DNA of 64,000 nt from an uncultured delta proteobacterium (lineage in GTDB: Bacteria > Desulfobacterota > Binatia > Binatales > Binataceae), in contig CAVYTJ010000004.1 of assembly GCA_963771325.1 (NCBI GenBank), positions 28,740 through 92,739 on the forward strand. The letters run 5' to 3'. Shown one piece after another: positions 19,728 to 30,453 of this stretch. Within the stretch, counting starts at the first letter, position 1. Each line of letters begins with the position of its first letter. The notes below the pieces were generated by a model that saw only the letters and a list, made by a program, of their open reading frames with translations, made no database searches and was not told the origin of the DNA. The position numbers and the translations under genes were made by a program.

Positions 19728-20033
19728 ATGAAATGGAGTCAGCTGCTGAATCCGCCGAGGGGAGTGGGGCGTTTGAGCTTGCTCGCGGGCTACGTTGCAG
19801 GTGAGGCCTGCTCGCTGTACGCGATTTTCATCGCGCACACGATGAGCCCGGTGAGTTATCGTATGGTCGAAAATAATTTCGAGCTTCGATCGATATACGG
19901 CAGGTATCAGGAAATTTACAACCTGGATGGGTTGGCATTCACCCTGATAGCGTCATTCGCGGTGTTCGCGATGGCATTGTGCGCCGTACGAGGAATCGCC
20001 TGGACGATCGGGGAGCGATCGTTGGCACCCTAA
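19728..20033 (+). CDS. hypothetical small membrane protein (two predicted TM helices)
   Basis: MKWSQLL…LSLLAGYVAGEACSLYAIFIA…GLAFTLIASFAVFAMALCAV. AAGGA lies 10 nt upstream of the ATG. The local GC is lower than surrounding DNA. Coding status is unproven. Confidence 0.35.
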   Translation: MKWSQLLNPPRGVGRLSLLAGYVAGEACSLYAIFIAHTMSPVSYRMVENNFELRSIYGRYQEIYNLDGLAFTLIASFAVFAMALCAVRGIAWTIGERSLAP

Positions 20034-20071
20034 CTGACGCTCCCTGCCGGAACCGTGTTTCGCCGTGCGCG

Positions 20072-21187
20072 CTACAGATCCTTGTCGCTCCTGACGAACC
20101 GCATCCCCGACGCCGCCATCGAATGGCCCAGTTCGACGTCGGTGAGATGCTTGAGGTTTTCGGTATCGTACACGTTGAGCGAGTGCCACTGGCCGCCGCA
20201 GTAGAGCTTCTTGCCGTCGGGATGAATCAGCGGGACCGCCTGGCTGTTGGCCAGCGAGACCTGCGCCTCTCTTTTCCGGGTCTTGTAGTCGACCTTCCAC
20301 AGATCGTTCCACACGAAGTATGCCTTGTGCAGATCGGGCGCGGTGCCGATTCCTTCGACCGTGTACCAGTTCTCGACGAACGGTTCGAGTTCGGCAATCT
20401 GCAGCGTCGGGTTCTGCTGCTTGAGGTCGATAACACCGAGCGCCAGCGTGTCGGTGTCGGTGATCGAGTCTTCGACGATGATCGCGAAGCTGAGTACGTA
20501 ATCCTGCTCCTGGTAGTTAGCGAGAATCGGCAAGCCGTAGGTCGCGCGAATCCCCGTGATGTTCCGATGGGCGAGCGGGATCGTGCCCAGCCGATGACCG
20601 TCCTCGGAATCGAGCACCAGGATGTCCTGGCCGATGCAGAAGGCGTAGATCCGCTTGCCGTCGGGCGAGAACGCGAACGACATGGTTTGTTCCGGCGCGG
20701 GAAGCGTCTTCACCACCTGGTTGGTGGCGGTGTCGAACACGCGGAAGCGCGGCTCTTCGTGCTGATAGCGGCCGAGGCTTTGCTTCAGCGGCAGCTCGTA
20801 GACGTAGAGCCGATCGCCTTTCGGATTCAGGTTGGTTGCCTCGACCCGTACGATCTCGGTGTCGCTCGAGAGCTTGTAGGTTGCGACCTGCTTGCCCTGT
20901 TCCAGGTCCACGACCGCGACGGCCTGGTCAAGATTGGTCGTCGCATAGGCGTAGCGCGGCGCGGCCGGGTTGGTGGCGATCGCGAGCACCGGTCCCTGGC
21001 CCTCCAGCGCGATGGTCTTGACCACCTTGTCGGTGGTGGTGTCGACGACCTCGACGTTATTGGGCAGCGTGCCGACGACCACGTACCACTTGGCCGACGC
21101 GCTGGTGGCCCACATCGTCAGGGCGAGTCCCACGACCCACGAAAAGCCGACTCGCAGATGCCGATCGTCTCTCTTGATCGCTTTCAC
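20072..21187 (-). CDS. YVTN-family beta-propeller repeat protein, secreted
   Basis: Signal-like N-terminus LRVGFSWVVGLALTMWATSASA, then repeated about 40-aa units of the type (Y/K)VVVGTLPNNVEVVDTTTDKVVKTIAL. The start is uncertain (GTG about 21187 or ATG 21280). Confidence 0.6.
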   Translation of the reverse strand: MKAIKRDDRHLRVGFSWVVGLALTMWATSASAKWYVVVGTLPNNVEVVDTTTDKVVKTIALEGQGPVLAIATNPAAPRYAYATTNLDQAVAVVDLEQGKQVATYKLSSDTEIVRVEATNLNPKGDRLYVYELPLKQSLGRYQHEEPRFRVFDTATNQVVKTLPAPEQTMSFAFSPDGKRIYAFCIGQDILVLDSEDGHRLGTIPLAHRNITGIRATYGLPILANYQEQDYVLSFAIIVEDSITDTDTLALGVIDLKQQNPTLQIAELEPFVENWYTVEGIGTAPDLHKAYFVWNDLWKVDYKTRKREAQVSLANSQAVPLIHPDGKKLYCGGQWHSLNVYDTENLKHLTDVELGHSMAASGMRFVRSDKDL

Positions 21188-21354
21188 TGGAATACCATCC
21201 TTCGGCGCGGTCTCCGAATTCGCAGTATTATCCAGACCGCCCGCTTTTTGCAAAGCGCCGGGGCGCTCACTTGACCCCACAGCGCGCGGTTCCTACTATC
21301 CGCGTCGGGACAGATTGCGTTCCGAAGAGGCCAGCACCGAAGAGGCTACTACCG

Positions 21355-22236
21355 ATGACTAACGAAACCGGGTCGCAGCGCCGTTATCTGAGCGACGAAC
21401 AGATCGACGCCTACCGGCGCGACGGCTACGTGTCGCTCCCGGGCGTCATCGACGCCGGGCGTATTGCTGAGCTTCGCGCGGTGACCGGGCGATTCGTTGA
21501 CCGTTCGCGGGCGATTAGCGCGAGCGACAACCTATTCGACCTCGATCCGACTCATTGCGCGCAAACCCCCACGCTCCGACGAATCAAGAATCCCGCCGAC
21601 AACGATCCCTTGTATCGATGGGTCGCTTTCGAGTCCCCGATTCCCGACATCGTGGCCGAGTTGATCGGCCCCGACGTCAAGTTCCATCACAGCAAGCTCA
21701 ACCTCAAGGGCGGCCGCGTTGGAGCGCCCGTCGAGTGGCATCAGGACGCCGCCTTCTATCCGCACTCCAACGACGACGTTCTCGCGGTGGGCCTGCTGCT
21801 GGACGACGCCACCGCCGAGAACGGATGTCTGGTGGTACTGCCCGGAAGCCATCGCGAAAGAGTCCACGAGCACTACGACGGCGGCGGACGCTTCATCGGA
21901 CGGATGCGGGAGGAAGATATCGGCCGCTTCGACGCCCGCAAGGGCCAATTGCTCGAATTGCCCGCCGGCAGCATCCACATCCATCACTACCGGCTGATTC
22001 ACTGGTCCGCGCCCAACACCTCTGCGGACGACCGCCGGCTCCTGATCAACGCGTACAGCGCCGCTGACGCGATACCGCTCAGCGCCGACCCGACCAAAAC
22101 GCGATTTTTCGGCGCAATAGTTCGCGGCCGCGCGCCGCTTAGCGTCCGGCGCACGGCGGGAGATATCCGTCTGCCTCCCGACTTCAGCAAGGGTTACAGC
22201 TCCATCTACGAGCTCCAGACCCAGGCCGACGGCTAA
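21355..22236 (+). CDS. phytanoyl-CoA dioxygenase (PhyH) family Fe(II)/2-oxoglutarate-dependent oxygenase
   Basis: HxD…H facial triad context (WHQDAAFYPH…; …IHIHHYRLIHWS) in a PhyH-like fold. ATG MTNETG at 21355. Confidence 0.75.
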   Translation: MTNETGSQRRYLSDEQIDAYRRDGYVSLPGVIDAGRIAELRAVTGRFVDRSRAISASDNLFDLDPTHCAQTPTLRRIKNPADNDPLYRWVAFESPIPDIVAELIGPDVKFHHSKLNLKGGRVGAPVEWHQDAAFYPHSNDDVLAVGLLLDDATAENGCLVVLPGSHRERVHEHYDGGGRFIGRMREEDIGRFDARKGQLLELPAGSIHIHHYRLIHWSAPNTSADDRRLLINAYSAADAIPLSADPTKTRFFGAIVRGRAPLSVRRTAGDIRLPPDFSKGYSSIYELQTQADG

Positions 22237-22262
22237 CCGGGCGACGGCGCCCCATCAACCGC

Positions 22263-23507
22263 TTGACGCGATACAAGCTACCGCTCACCAGTAGTCAATC
22301 GCGCACGGCGGCCTGGATACTGATCGCTTTCTATCTCATCGGATTCGCTATTTCGGCGTCGCTCCGCTCCCAGAGCGATCTGATTATCTACCGGGATGCC
22401 GGCATTCATGCCGCCCAGTGCGCGCCGATCTACAACTTTCACGATCCAAGCCCTTTTCAATACGCCCCTGTATACGCTCTGGCTTTCGTTCCATTCGGCT
22501 TGCTTCCAGTGCGCGCGGCACAGCTTCTGTGGTTCCTGATCAGCACTGCTCTGGCTTTGCCCGCGATGATCCTGGGGACGAGCCGCCTGCTTTTCGGGCG
22601 CGGGTTTGAGTTGCGCGGAGAATTGATCATCGTCCCGGTGCTGCTTTGTGCGCGATTCATTCAACCAAATTTCGATCACGGCCAGATCAACCTGCTCCTG
22701 ATGGCGACAATAGTATGGGGGCTCGCCTTTGCGAACGAAGCAAGGCCGATAGCGGGCGGAGCGCTTCTGGCGGCGTCGATGCTGGTCAAGCCGATTGGCT
22801 TGCCGGTGATATTCTACTCGCTCGGCCGAGGGCGCATCCTGTTCTTCATTTCGCTCACGTTTTGTGCAATCGCGCTTTTATGGTTACCATCCCTATTTCT
22901 AGGTACTGGATATGCCTTCCACGAGACATCTGAGTATATAAGAAGCCTGACTACCCGTGTTCCGCATCTCTCGCACGATCTGTATAACAAGTATAATCAG
23001 TCGGCCGCCGCGATCGCGGTGCGATTATTTGCGCCAAGGCACGGCCGCGGATTGTTCAGCCAGGGCGCTGCGGCGACCGCCGGGTTCGTCTTCCAGCTTG
23101 CTCTGTCGACTGCTGTTGTCGTCTGGATATTGGTCCGCCGAAGCGGCGCGGCCGGGTCTGTTTCGAGACTATCGCTGGCGGCGCTTTTTTGCACGATGCC
23201 CGCCTTCTCGCCGGTCTCCTGGCTGGAATACTACATGGTGCTCGAAGTTCCATACATGGCGTTGACGTTCATCGCCTGTTCGGATGCCGCCGGCAACCGT
23301 GCCCGCGCATTGACGGCGCAAATCGTGCTCGCCGGCGCACTAATCTTGAACCTCAGCACCCGGCTGTTCGAGCCGCTCCTATACTGCGGCGCCGAATATT
23401 TCGGTTCTCTGGCGATGCTGGCGGCAGTCCTTGCCCTCACCGGAACAAGCAGGGTCCCGTCAGCAAAAGTCCCAGCCGAGCCGGACTTGGCCGCTGGTTC
23501 TACTTGA
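22263..23507 (+). CDS. GT87/DUF2029 family integral-membrane glycosyltransferase (mannosyltransferase-like)
   Basis: 414 aa with about 10 TM helices. The N-terminal loop (…[17 protein letters not shown]…[16 protein letters not shown]) is typical of DUF2029/GT-C enzymes. Confidence 0.6.
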   Translation: MTRYKLPLTSSQSRTAAWILIAFYLIGFAISASLRSQSDLIIYRDAGIHAAQCAPIYNFHDPSPFQYAPVYALAFVPFGLLPVRAAQLLWFLISTALALPAMILGTSRLLFGRGFELRGELIIVPVLLCARFIQPNFDHGQINLLLMATIVWGLAFANEARPIAGGALLAASMLVKPIGLPVIFYSLGRGRILFFISLTFCAIALLWLPSLFLGTGYAFHETSEYIRSLTTRVPHLSHDLYNKYNQSAAAIAVRLFAPRHGRGLFSQGAAATAGFVFQLALSTAVVVWILVRRSGAAGSVSRLSLAALFCTMPAFSPVSWLEYYMVLEVPYMALTFIACSDAAGNRARALTAQIVLAGALILNLSTRLFEPLLYCGAEYFGSLAMLAAVLALTGTSRVPSAKVPAEPDLAAGST

Positions 23508-24063
23508 GCTTGGGCAGGTTGACGAACACCGCGGCCGCCACGACCGAGGTCCACAGCCCTTCGCGATCGCCGATCGCCGACTGCGTGACGTTGCGGGTGG
23601 TGACGATCTTGTCCGACACCTTCCAGATGTCCTTGCGCTCGTCGTAACTGGCGTTGGGATCGAAGTCGACGCCCAGGATGGTGGCGAGCATCGTGGCCGC
23701 GAGGTCCTCGGCATAGTCGCCGGCTTTCTGGTCGGTCTCGCCGAAGCTCTTGTGCTCCGACAGGTAGCCGTACTGATCCTTGTCGGCCGGGATGGCGAGG
23801 CCGACGGACGACGCCACCAGGCGATGCGGTTCGTTGGTGGCGTTGTCGTACATCACGGCGTAAACGATCTGGCCGGGTTTCAGATGCTTTAGCCCTTCCT
23901 GGATCGGAATCACCTTGCATCCGGGAGGAAAAATCGAACTCACCCGCACCAGGTTGAACTCCGCGATGCGGGCGTCGCGCAGCGCAAGCTCGAATGAGGT
24001 GAGCTTCTCGCTATGCCGTCCCACGCCCTTGGTCAGAAAAATCGCGTCTCCGATCGGCCCCAT
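23500..24063 (-). CDS. pdaD: pyruvoyl-dependent arginine decarboxylase
   Basis: 187 aa. [47 protein letters not shown] contains the Ser-Ser self-cleavage site of PvlArgDC. Its 3' end overlaps the convergent GT87 gene by 8 nt. Confidence 0.85.
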   Translation of the reverse strand: MGPIGDAIFLTKGVGRHSEKLTSFELALRDARIAEFNLVRVSSIFPPGCKVIPIQEGLKHLKPGQIVYAVMYDNATNEPHRLVASSVGLAIPADKDQYGYLSEHKSFGETDQKAGDYAEDLAATMLATILGVDFDPNASYDERKDIWKVSDKIVTTRNVTQSAIGDREGLWTSVVAAAVFVNLPKLK

Positions 24064-24347
24064 CTATTTTTCTCCGCTGCGCGCGGCCGGTTTCGCAAGC
24101 CGCACTCCCACCAATTTTGAAAATAAGCTGGCGGGCAACCGTAACCGCTCAGCCATTGCCGCGGCATTACGTCCGTGTTTCAGTCGGATGATCGCGACGC
24201 CGCCACTTTGTGGATACATTGCGCCACGCGATCCCGCAACAGGGGTCTCGCAAAAGGGACGATTCGATTCGATCGATTTGCCGCTGCAACGCGAAATGTG
24301 GTAACGCGGCGTTAGCTCGATCGCGATTTCTGAGGGAGGATTCGGCG

Positions 24348-25793
24348 ATGATTTCGCTCCGCGATTACACGGCGCACGACGGACTGGGACTGGCTGAACT
24401 GGTAGCTCGCAAGGAGGTGACGCCCGACGAACTCGCGGCCGCCGCCTTCGAGGCGGTGGCAAAAGTAAATCCCCGAATCAACGCGGTGCTGCATACAATT
24501 CCCAAAGAAGCGGCCACCGAGATTCGCGCCGGACTTCCTCGCGGCCCGTTCACCGGCGTCCCGTTCCTGATCAAGGAGATCGTGCTGCACGCCAAAGGCG
24601 TCCGCTGCGAGATGGGCTCGAAGCTCGCGCAGGGCTACGTCCCCGACGCTGACACCGAATTGATGGCGCGCTTTCGCCGCGCCGGCTTGGTGCTCGCCGG
24701 CACCACGCAAACGCCCGAGTTCGGCTACAACCCGACCACCGAGACCCGCGCGTTCGGCCCGGTGCATAATCCGTGGGACCTCGGGCGCAGTCCCGGCGGC
24801 TCCAGCGGCGGCTCGGGAGCGGCGGTCGCGGCGGGGATCGTACCGATCGCCCACGCCAACGACGGCGGCGGATCGATTCGAATCCCGGCCTCGTGCAACG
24901 GCCTGGTCGGGCTCAAGCCCTCGCGCGACCGCATCCCGTCGGGCCCCGACTACGGCGATCTGCTCTGCGGCCTGGCGTGCGAATTCGCGCTGACCCGCAC
25001 TGTGCGCGACGCCGCCGCGCTGCTCGACGCCGTGGCCGGCCCCGACCCGGGAGCGCCGGGCCACCCTGTTCCTCCTGCCCGCCCGTATCGCGAGCTAATC
25101 GGCACACCACCGGGCCGCCTGCGTATCGCATGGACCGCCACACCGGCTTCAGGAGCCAAGGTCGACCCGGAATGCGAAAAGGCGGTGCACGAGACGGTGC
25201 GCCTGCTCGAAGGTCTCGGCCATACGCTGATCGAGGATCGCCCGCGCTACGATTGGGACTCGTTCCTCGAAAACGTGAATGTCATCTGGGGCGCTTTCGG
25301 CGTCGCCTCGATAGATTTCGCGGCGGCGATGACCGGCCGCAAGCCGGGGCCGGACAATCTCGAAGCCGTCACCCTCGCCTCTTACGAAGACGGCAAGCGT
25401 TACTCCGCGATCGATCTGCTCAACGCGATGACGCACTGCAACGTGGTGTCGCGCCAGGTCGGCGCTTTCTTCGAGAAAGTGGACGTGCTCGTCACACCGA
25501 CGATCGCGCGCCTGCCCGCGCCATTAGGTGAGCTCAATCAGAATCGCGAAGGGATGACCGCGATGGAATGGACGCGGCAGATTTTTTCCTACGTGCCCTT
25601 CACGCCGGTATTCAACGTGACCGGCCAGCCGGCCATCTCGCTCCCGCTGCATTGGAGCGCCGACGGGCTTCCGGTCGGAGTGCAGATAGCCGGGCGTTTT
25701 GGCGACGAAGCGACGCTGCTCTGCCTGGCCGCGCAACTCGAGCAGGCGCGTCCGTGGGCCGCCAGGCGTCCACCGATACACGCGGCCGCCTGA
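24348..25793 (+). CDS. amidase (amidase-signature family)
   Basis: AS signature [33 protein letters not shown] with a Ser-cisSer-Lys context. ATG MISLRDY has a GAGGGAGGA RBS 7 nt upstream; the longer ORF from 24210 is junk-like. Confidence 0.9.
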   Translation: MISLRDYTAHDGLGLAELVARKEVTPDELAAAAFEAVAKVNPRINAVLHTIPKEAATEIRAGLPRGPFTGVPFLIKEIVLHAKGVRCEMGSKLAQGYVPDADTELMARFRRAGLVLAGTTQTPEFGYNPTTETRAFGPVHNPWDLGRSPGGSSGGSGAAVAAGIVPIAHANDGGGSIRIPASCNGLVGLKPSRDRIPSGPDYGDLLCGLACEFALTRTVRDAAALLDAVAGPDPGAPGHPVPPARPYRELIGTPPGRLRIAWTATPASGAKVDPECEKAVHETVRLLEGLGHTLIEDRPRYDWDSFLENVNVIWGAFGVASIDFAAAMTGRKPGPDNLEAVTLASYEDGKRYSAIDLLNAMTHCNVVSRQVGAFFEKVDVLVTPTIARLPAPLGELNQNREGMTAMEWTRQIFSYVPFTPVFNVTGQPAISLPLHWSADGLPVGVQIAGRFGDEATLLCLAAQLEQARPWAARRPPIHAAA

Positions 25794-25846
25794 ATAGCCT
25801 GTTGCCAGCGTTGATCTAACCGAGGGGAGATACTAACTGGCCGCGG

Positions 25847-27100
25847 ATGAACACGCACGCGGAGCATAGCGGACTCGACGAGCGGTTCGACCCGTTTAGC
25901 GAGTCATATCTTTCGGACCCGTACGAGTTCTTCACCGAGGCTCGCGCGGCAACGCCTGTGTTCTACAGCGCGAGGCTGAACTACTGGGTGGTCACGCGCT
26001 ATCACGACATCCGGCAGATCTTCGAGAACCCGAGACTATTCTCAGCCAGCAACGCCCTGTCAGCGCTGAAGCCCGCGTGTCCGGCCACGGAACGGATTCT
26101 CGCCGACGGCGATTTTCGTCCCGTCCCGACGCTGACCAACGTCGATCCGCCCGCGCACACTCGAGTGCGGAGGCTCGCCAACGTCGCGTTCAAGCCGCGC
26201 CGTGTCGCGGCAATGGAACCGTTCATTCGCGACTTGGTGGTCAAGTTCAGCGAGCAACGCCTTACGCGCGGGAGCGCCGATCTGATTCGCGATTTCGCGT
26301 GGGAGCTTCCCGCCCTGGTCATCTTCAGGATCCTGGGCGTTCCCGACGAGGACGTGCCTCGCATCAAGGCGGGCGCGGAGAGCCGCGTCCTGTTCATGTT
26401 CGGCCACCCCAGCGACGAAGAGCAATGCCGGCTCGCGCGAGGAATGGCGGCGTTCTGGCGTTACGCCGAGGAATTGGTCGCGGCGCGCGCCAGGGAACCG
26501 CGCGAGGATTTCACGAGCGATCTGCTGCTCGCGCGCGACGGCGACTTGCCGGCGCTGACGCATCCGGAGGTCACGACGATCGTCTATGGCCTGCTGCTCG
26601 CCGGTCACGAGACGACCACCAATCTCCTCGGCAACGCGTTTCAGCGCATGCTCGCCGATCGCTCGGCCTGGGAGGATCTTTGTCGCGATCCTTCGCTGAT
26701 TCCGAACGCGATCGAAGAAGTATTGCGCCTGGATTCGTCGGTGATCGCGTGGCGGCGCAGGACGAGGCAGGCGACCGAGATTGGAGGAGTTCCGGTCCCC
26801 GCCGAGGCGGACTTGCTGCTTTTGCTCGGAGCGGCCAATCGTGATCCGACGATGTTTCAAGATCCCGAACGATTCGATATCCGGCGTCCGAACGCTCGCG
26901 ATCACATCTCGTTCGGACATGGCGCTCACTTCTGCCTCGGCGCGCCACTTGCGCGTCTCGAGGCTCGCGTCGTATTGGAGGAATTCACGTCGCGTTTTCC
27001 GGCGCTCCGTCTCACGGCCGGTCAGACGCTCCGCTTCTCGCAGAACATTTCGTTCCGCGGCCCGCTGTCGCTACTGGCGGAATGGCACAGCAAACAATGA
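25847..27100 (+). CDS. cytochrome P450
   Basis: Heme-binding loop FGHGAHFCLGAPLAR, EXXR (EEVLRLD), and I-helix AGHETT. Confidence 0.9.
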   Translation: MNTHAEHSGLDERFDPFSESYLSDPYEFFTEARAATPVFYSARLNYWVVTRYHDIRQIFENPRLFSASNALSALKPACPATERILADGDFRPVPTLTNVDPPAHTRVRRLANVAFKPRRVAAMEPFIRDLVVKFSEQRLTRGSADLIRDFAWELPALVIFRILGVPDEDVPRIKAGAESRVLFMFGHPSDEEQCRLARGMAAFWRYAEELVAARAREPREDFTSDLLLARDGDLPALTHPEVTTIVYGLLLAGHETTTNLLGNAFQRMLADRSAWEDLCRDPSLIPNAIEEVLRLDSSVIAWRRRTRQATEIGGVPVPAEADLLLLLGAANRDPTMFQDPERFDIRRPNARDHISFGHGAHFCLGAPLARLEARVVLEEFTSRFPALRLTAGQTLRFSQNISFRGPLSLLAEWHSKQ

Positions 27101-27170
27101 CGCCGAGGCAGTGTCGCTACTCTCCGCTAATTGCCTGACACCGCCCGGATTTCGTTGATTTTTTAAATAC

Positions 27171-27641
27171 TCAAACCAGGAACGTCAGATTGTCGATCGG
27201 CTCGTCATTGTTCAGCAGCAGTACTTTCTTGAGCGCAATCCGGAAGCTCTCACCCGCCGGCCGCAGCGTATGTAACATCCGGGCGGCGAAGATATCTTGC
27301 TTCGACCGCCGCAATTCCGCGATTATGCAGTTGGACTCGACTACGTAGCCGCCTTCATTTAGCCGCACCTCGACATTCGAGATCAGCCGCCGCGTTCGCG
27401 ATCGCGGTTGCTGCGCCCACGCCGCCCCGCTTGTCAGACGATAGATCCGCTCCCCCAACCGCGCGCGATTGTCATAAATAATCATCGCCTGACGCGCCGG
27501 GTCGGCATCGTCCGTATTGCACGGCACCCAATACAGCCCGTCCTCGGTCCACAGCGCGAGCCATTCGTCATAAAGATGCTCGTCGATTAGCTTCGCCTCA
27601 TAGAAGAGGAACTCCTCGACGCGCTCCCGCAGGCTTCCCAT
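27171..27641 (-). CDS. aromatic ring-hydroxylating dioxygenase beta subunit
   Basis: 156-aa SnoaL/NTF2-like Ring_hydroxyl_B fold (…FLFYEAKLIDEHLYDEWLALWTEDGLYWVP…) immediately downstream of the alpha subunit. Confidence 0.85.
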   Translation of the reverse strand: MGSLRERVEEFLFYEAKLIDEHLYDEWLALWTEDGLYWVPCNTDDADPARQAMIIYDNRARLGERIYRLTSGAAWAQQPRSRTRRLISNVEVRLNEGGYVVESNCIIAELRRSKQDIFAARMLHTLRPAGESFRIALKKVLLLNNDEPIDNLTFLV

Positions 27642-27656
27642 TTCAAGCGCTCCGGC

Positions 27657-28964
27657 CTAGTCCACCGCCACGAGCCGCATCGTGTCGATGCTTTCCGCCT
27701 GCTCTTCGCGCCCGGTCATCAAGCGTTTCCATTCGCGCCAGATTCCGCGCTGCGTCACCTCATCCGTCACGTGGCCGACCCGAGTCCCATCGGGCTCGCG
27801 GCGCTCGCGATGCATCCCGCGCGACAGGATCAGCCACGGATCGAGATCGTTGCGGAAGCCAATCTGCATCCGCTCGAACATCTCGAGGTCGTCCGGCGCG
27901 CCGAACCCGGCCGGTCCGAAAAAGCTCTCATGGCCACGCAGGCGCCATTGATTCATCTCCGGCTCGACCTCTTTGAGCAGTGTGGGATATAGGTACACTT
28001 CGGTCTGATCGGGGCCGATCGGCCGCACGACTCTTAGCTGCACGCCGATCATCACCAGGTTCGGAAATACCAGCAGATGGGTGCCGCCGCTGTTGATTAT
28101 CTCTTTCGCGCGCGCCTCGCCGTAACGTGCAATCATCGTCTCGCGGTATTTGTCGGCACCCTGCACCACATTCAGCAGCTGCCCGTCGCGATTGCACTCG
28201 CGATAGTCGAGCATCACATGCCCATGACCGAAGTCGCGCGTCACCGCAATCGAACTGCCGCCGAAATGGCGTGTCGGTGTCTTGATCCCTCGCCGACCCA
28301 TCATTCCGAAAAAACTCTTATGCACGAAATTTGGATGATACCCATCCATCGAATTTTCGATCTGCAGCTTCCAATTGCCGCGATAGCCGTACTTATGAAT
28401 CCCACCGCGCGCGTCGATCTCACCGATCGGCGACAAGTCGACGAACAGATCGATCTGCTCGGTTGCCTTTCCCAGATGTTCCTTGAGACTCATTCCATGC
28501 GGCGCGATACTGCCGAAGATGAACCCGCGATAGTTCGCCATCCGCGGTAACGGGATCAGCCCATAGTCCTCTTTGCGCAGCGAGTGATCGTATCCCTCCG
28601 GATAGCTCACCGAGGCAAGCTTGCCGTCATTGCGGTACATCCAGCCGTGATAATCGCAGCGGAAAAACCGCGCATTCCCGCGCTCGCTCTGACAGACCGT
28701 GTTTGCCCGATGGCGGCAGCGATTCGATAGGAGCCTGATCTCGCCATCTTCGCCGCGCACCATGATAATCGGGTAGCGTCCGACCCACGCGAGCCGGTAA
28801 TCGCCCGGCTCCGGAATCTCGCTGGAATGACCGACGAAGACCCATCCGCGATGGAAAATTCTTTCCATCTCGTCTTCGAAAATCTGTTGGTCGATATAGA
28901 CGCGGGAATGGACTCGGTCTTCCCGCACGAGGGCGTTGTAATCGACGGTCACGTTCGCTGCCAT
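27657..28964 (-). CDS. aromatic ring-hydroxylating dioxygenase alpha subunit (Rieske [2Fe-2S] plus mononuclear Fe)
   Basis: Rieske motif CRHRANTVC…CDYHGW plus a catalytic domain with His/Asp ligands. Start at ATG MAANVTV with a GGGAGGG RBS; the longest ORF starts at 29072. Confidence 0.85.
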   Translation of the reverse strand: MAANVTVDYNALVREDRVHSRVYIDQQIFEDEMERIFHRGWVFVGHSSEIPEPGDYRLAWVGRYPIIMVRGEDGEIRLLSNRCRHRANTVCQSERGNARFFRCDYHGWMYRNDGKLASVSYPEGYDHSLRKEDYGLIPLPRMANYRGFIFGSIAPHGMSLKEHLGKATEQIDLFVDLSPIGEIDARGGIHKYGYRGNWKLQIENSMDGYHPNFVHKSFFGMMGRRGIKTPTRHFGGSSIAVTRDFGHGHVMLDYRECNRDGQLLNVVQGADKYRETMIARYGEARAKEIINSGGTHLLVFPNLVMIGVQLRVVRPIGPDQTEVYLYPTLLKEVEPEMNQWRLRGHESFFGPAGFGAPDDLEMFERMQIGFRNDLDPWLILSRGMHRERREPDGTRVGHVTDEVTQRGIWREWKRLMTGREEQAESIDTMRLVAVD

Positions 28965-29064
28965 CGCCATACCCTCCCGAAGAGCGCTTCGCCTTCCGGT
29001 TATCTGAAATCTATTGTTACGTATACACCAGAAAGCCTGCCTTTTGCACGTTTCAGTCTGGGCC

Positions 29065-30420
29065 TCATGCAAGGCGCGCGATTCGCGCGACCACGCGGTC
29101 GACGAAGGCGCCCGCCGATCCCAGGTACGCCGCCGGATCGGTCAGGCGATCGATCTGTTCGTCGCTAAGATGCGCGCGGACCTCGGCGTCGTCGCGCAGT
29201 GCCTGCGCAAGGGTTTTGCCTTCCGCGATCGCGCGATCCGAAACGCGCTGAAGCGCATGATGCGCCGCCGCGCGGCCCATCACCGGCGCAAGCCCGGTCG
29301 ACACCGCCTCGGCCATGATCAGCCCGCCGCCCAGCTCGAGGTTGCGGCGCATCCGCGCAGTATCGACAGTCATTCCCCCGGCGATCGCGAGCGCATGCGC
29401 CATCGCACCCGCGCAAAGGACGAAGCATTGCTTAAGCGCGAGCGCCTCCGACTGCCACGGACCGGTTGCGCGCTCGTGGTCCTGCGTCATCGCGGTCAGC
29501 ATCAAGGGCACTAGTGCATGCACGCCGCGCGCGGCGGCGATGATGTATTCGGCGGCGACCGGGTTGCGCTTTTGCGGCATCGTGCTCGAACCGCCGCGGC
29601 CCGGCGCGTGCGGCTCGAAAACCTCGGCCACCTCGGTCTGCATCAGAAGCGAAGCGTCGAGCGCGAATTTGGAGAGGCTGCCGCACACCAGTCCCAGCAG
29701 CGCGACAATTTCGGCCACGGGTCCGCGCACGACATGCCACGGCAAATCCGGCACGCCGAGGCCAAGCTCGTGTGCGAGCGCCTCGGCCACCGCCACTCCG
29801 TTCGCGCCGAGCGCGGCGAGCGTTCCCGCGGCGCCGCCGAATTGCACGACCTGGCCGCGGCGCGCCGCCTGGTCCAGGCGTTCGACGTGAGCGGCGAGCG
29901 GCGACGCCCAGACCGCGCACTTGAGTCCAAAGGTTATCGGCACCGCGTGCTGCAAGTGCGTGCGCCCGGCCATCGGCGTGTCGCGATACTCGCTCGCACT
30001 CCTCGCCAGAGTGCGCGCGAGCGCCACCAGGTCGCGGCGCAGATACTCGAGCGCGCGGCGCATCTGGAGCACCAGCGCGGTGTCGAGAATATCCTGCGTG
30101 GTCGCTCCGAGGTGGATGTAGCGCGCGGCCTCTTCGCCTGCCGCGCGGCCAAGCTCGCTCACCAGCGCGGGTACCGGGACGCCGGTTTCACGCGTGCCCT
30201 CGGCGATCCGCTCGATCCGCAGGTTCTCGACTCGCGCCGCCTTCGTAATCGCCTCGGCGACCTGTTGCGGCACCAGGCCGAGCTTTGCTTCGGCCCGCGC
30301 CAGCGCGGACTCGACGTCAAGCATCAACTGAAGCTCGGTCGCGTCGGAAAAGAGCGCGCGCATCTCGGCCGTTCCCCACAGCGCGCCGTAAATTTCCGAA
30401 TCGGCTGGGTGAACGCTCAT
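29065..30420 (-). CDS. pcaB: 3-carboxy-cis,cis-muconate cycloisomerase
   Basis: Fumarate-lyase superfamily with signature GSSTMPQKRNP, 451 aa, next to pcaGH. Confidence 0.85.
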   Translation of the reverse strand: MSVHPADSEIYGALWGTAEMRALFSDATELQLMLDVESALARAEAKLGLVPQQVAEAITKAARVENLRIERIAEGTRETGVPVPALVSELGRAAGEEAARYIHLGATTQDILDTALVLQMRRALEYLRRDLVALARTLARSASEYRDTPMAGRTHLQHAVPITFGLKCAVWASPLAAHVERLDQAARRGQVVQFGGAAGTLAALGANGVAVAEALAHELGLGVPDLPWHVVRGPVAEIVALLGLVCGSLSKFALDASLLMQTEVAEVFEPHAPGRGGSSTMPQKRNPVAAEYIIAAARGVHALVPLMLTAMTQDHERATGPWQSEALALKQCFVLCAGAMAHALAIAGGMTVDTARMRRNLELGGGLIMAEAVSTGLAPVMGRAAAHHALQRVSDRAIAEGKTLAQALRDDAEVRAHLSDEQIDRLTDPAAYLGSAGAFVDRVVARIARLA

Positions 30421-30453
30421 CGATTCTGCCCGCGCGATTGCAAGCGCACCGTC

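Noticed and set aside
26060-26929. 289-aa minus-strand ORF
   Set aside because: It is antisense to the cytochrome P450 gene and Arg-rich with no motifs.
27101-27170. Possible terminator between the P450 gene and the Rieske beta subunit
   Set aside because: A T-tract (ttgattttttaaa) is present but has no convincing GC-rich stem, so it is not called.
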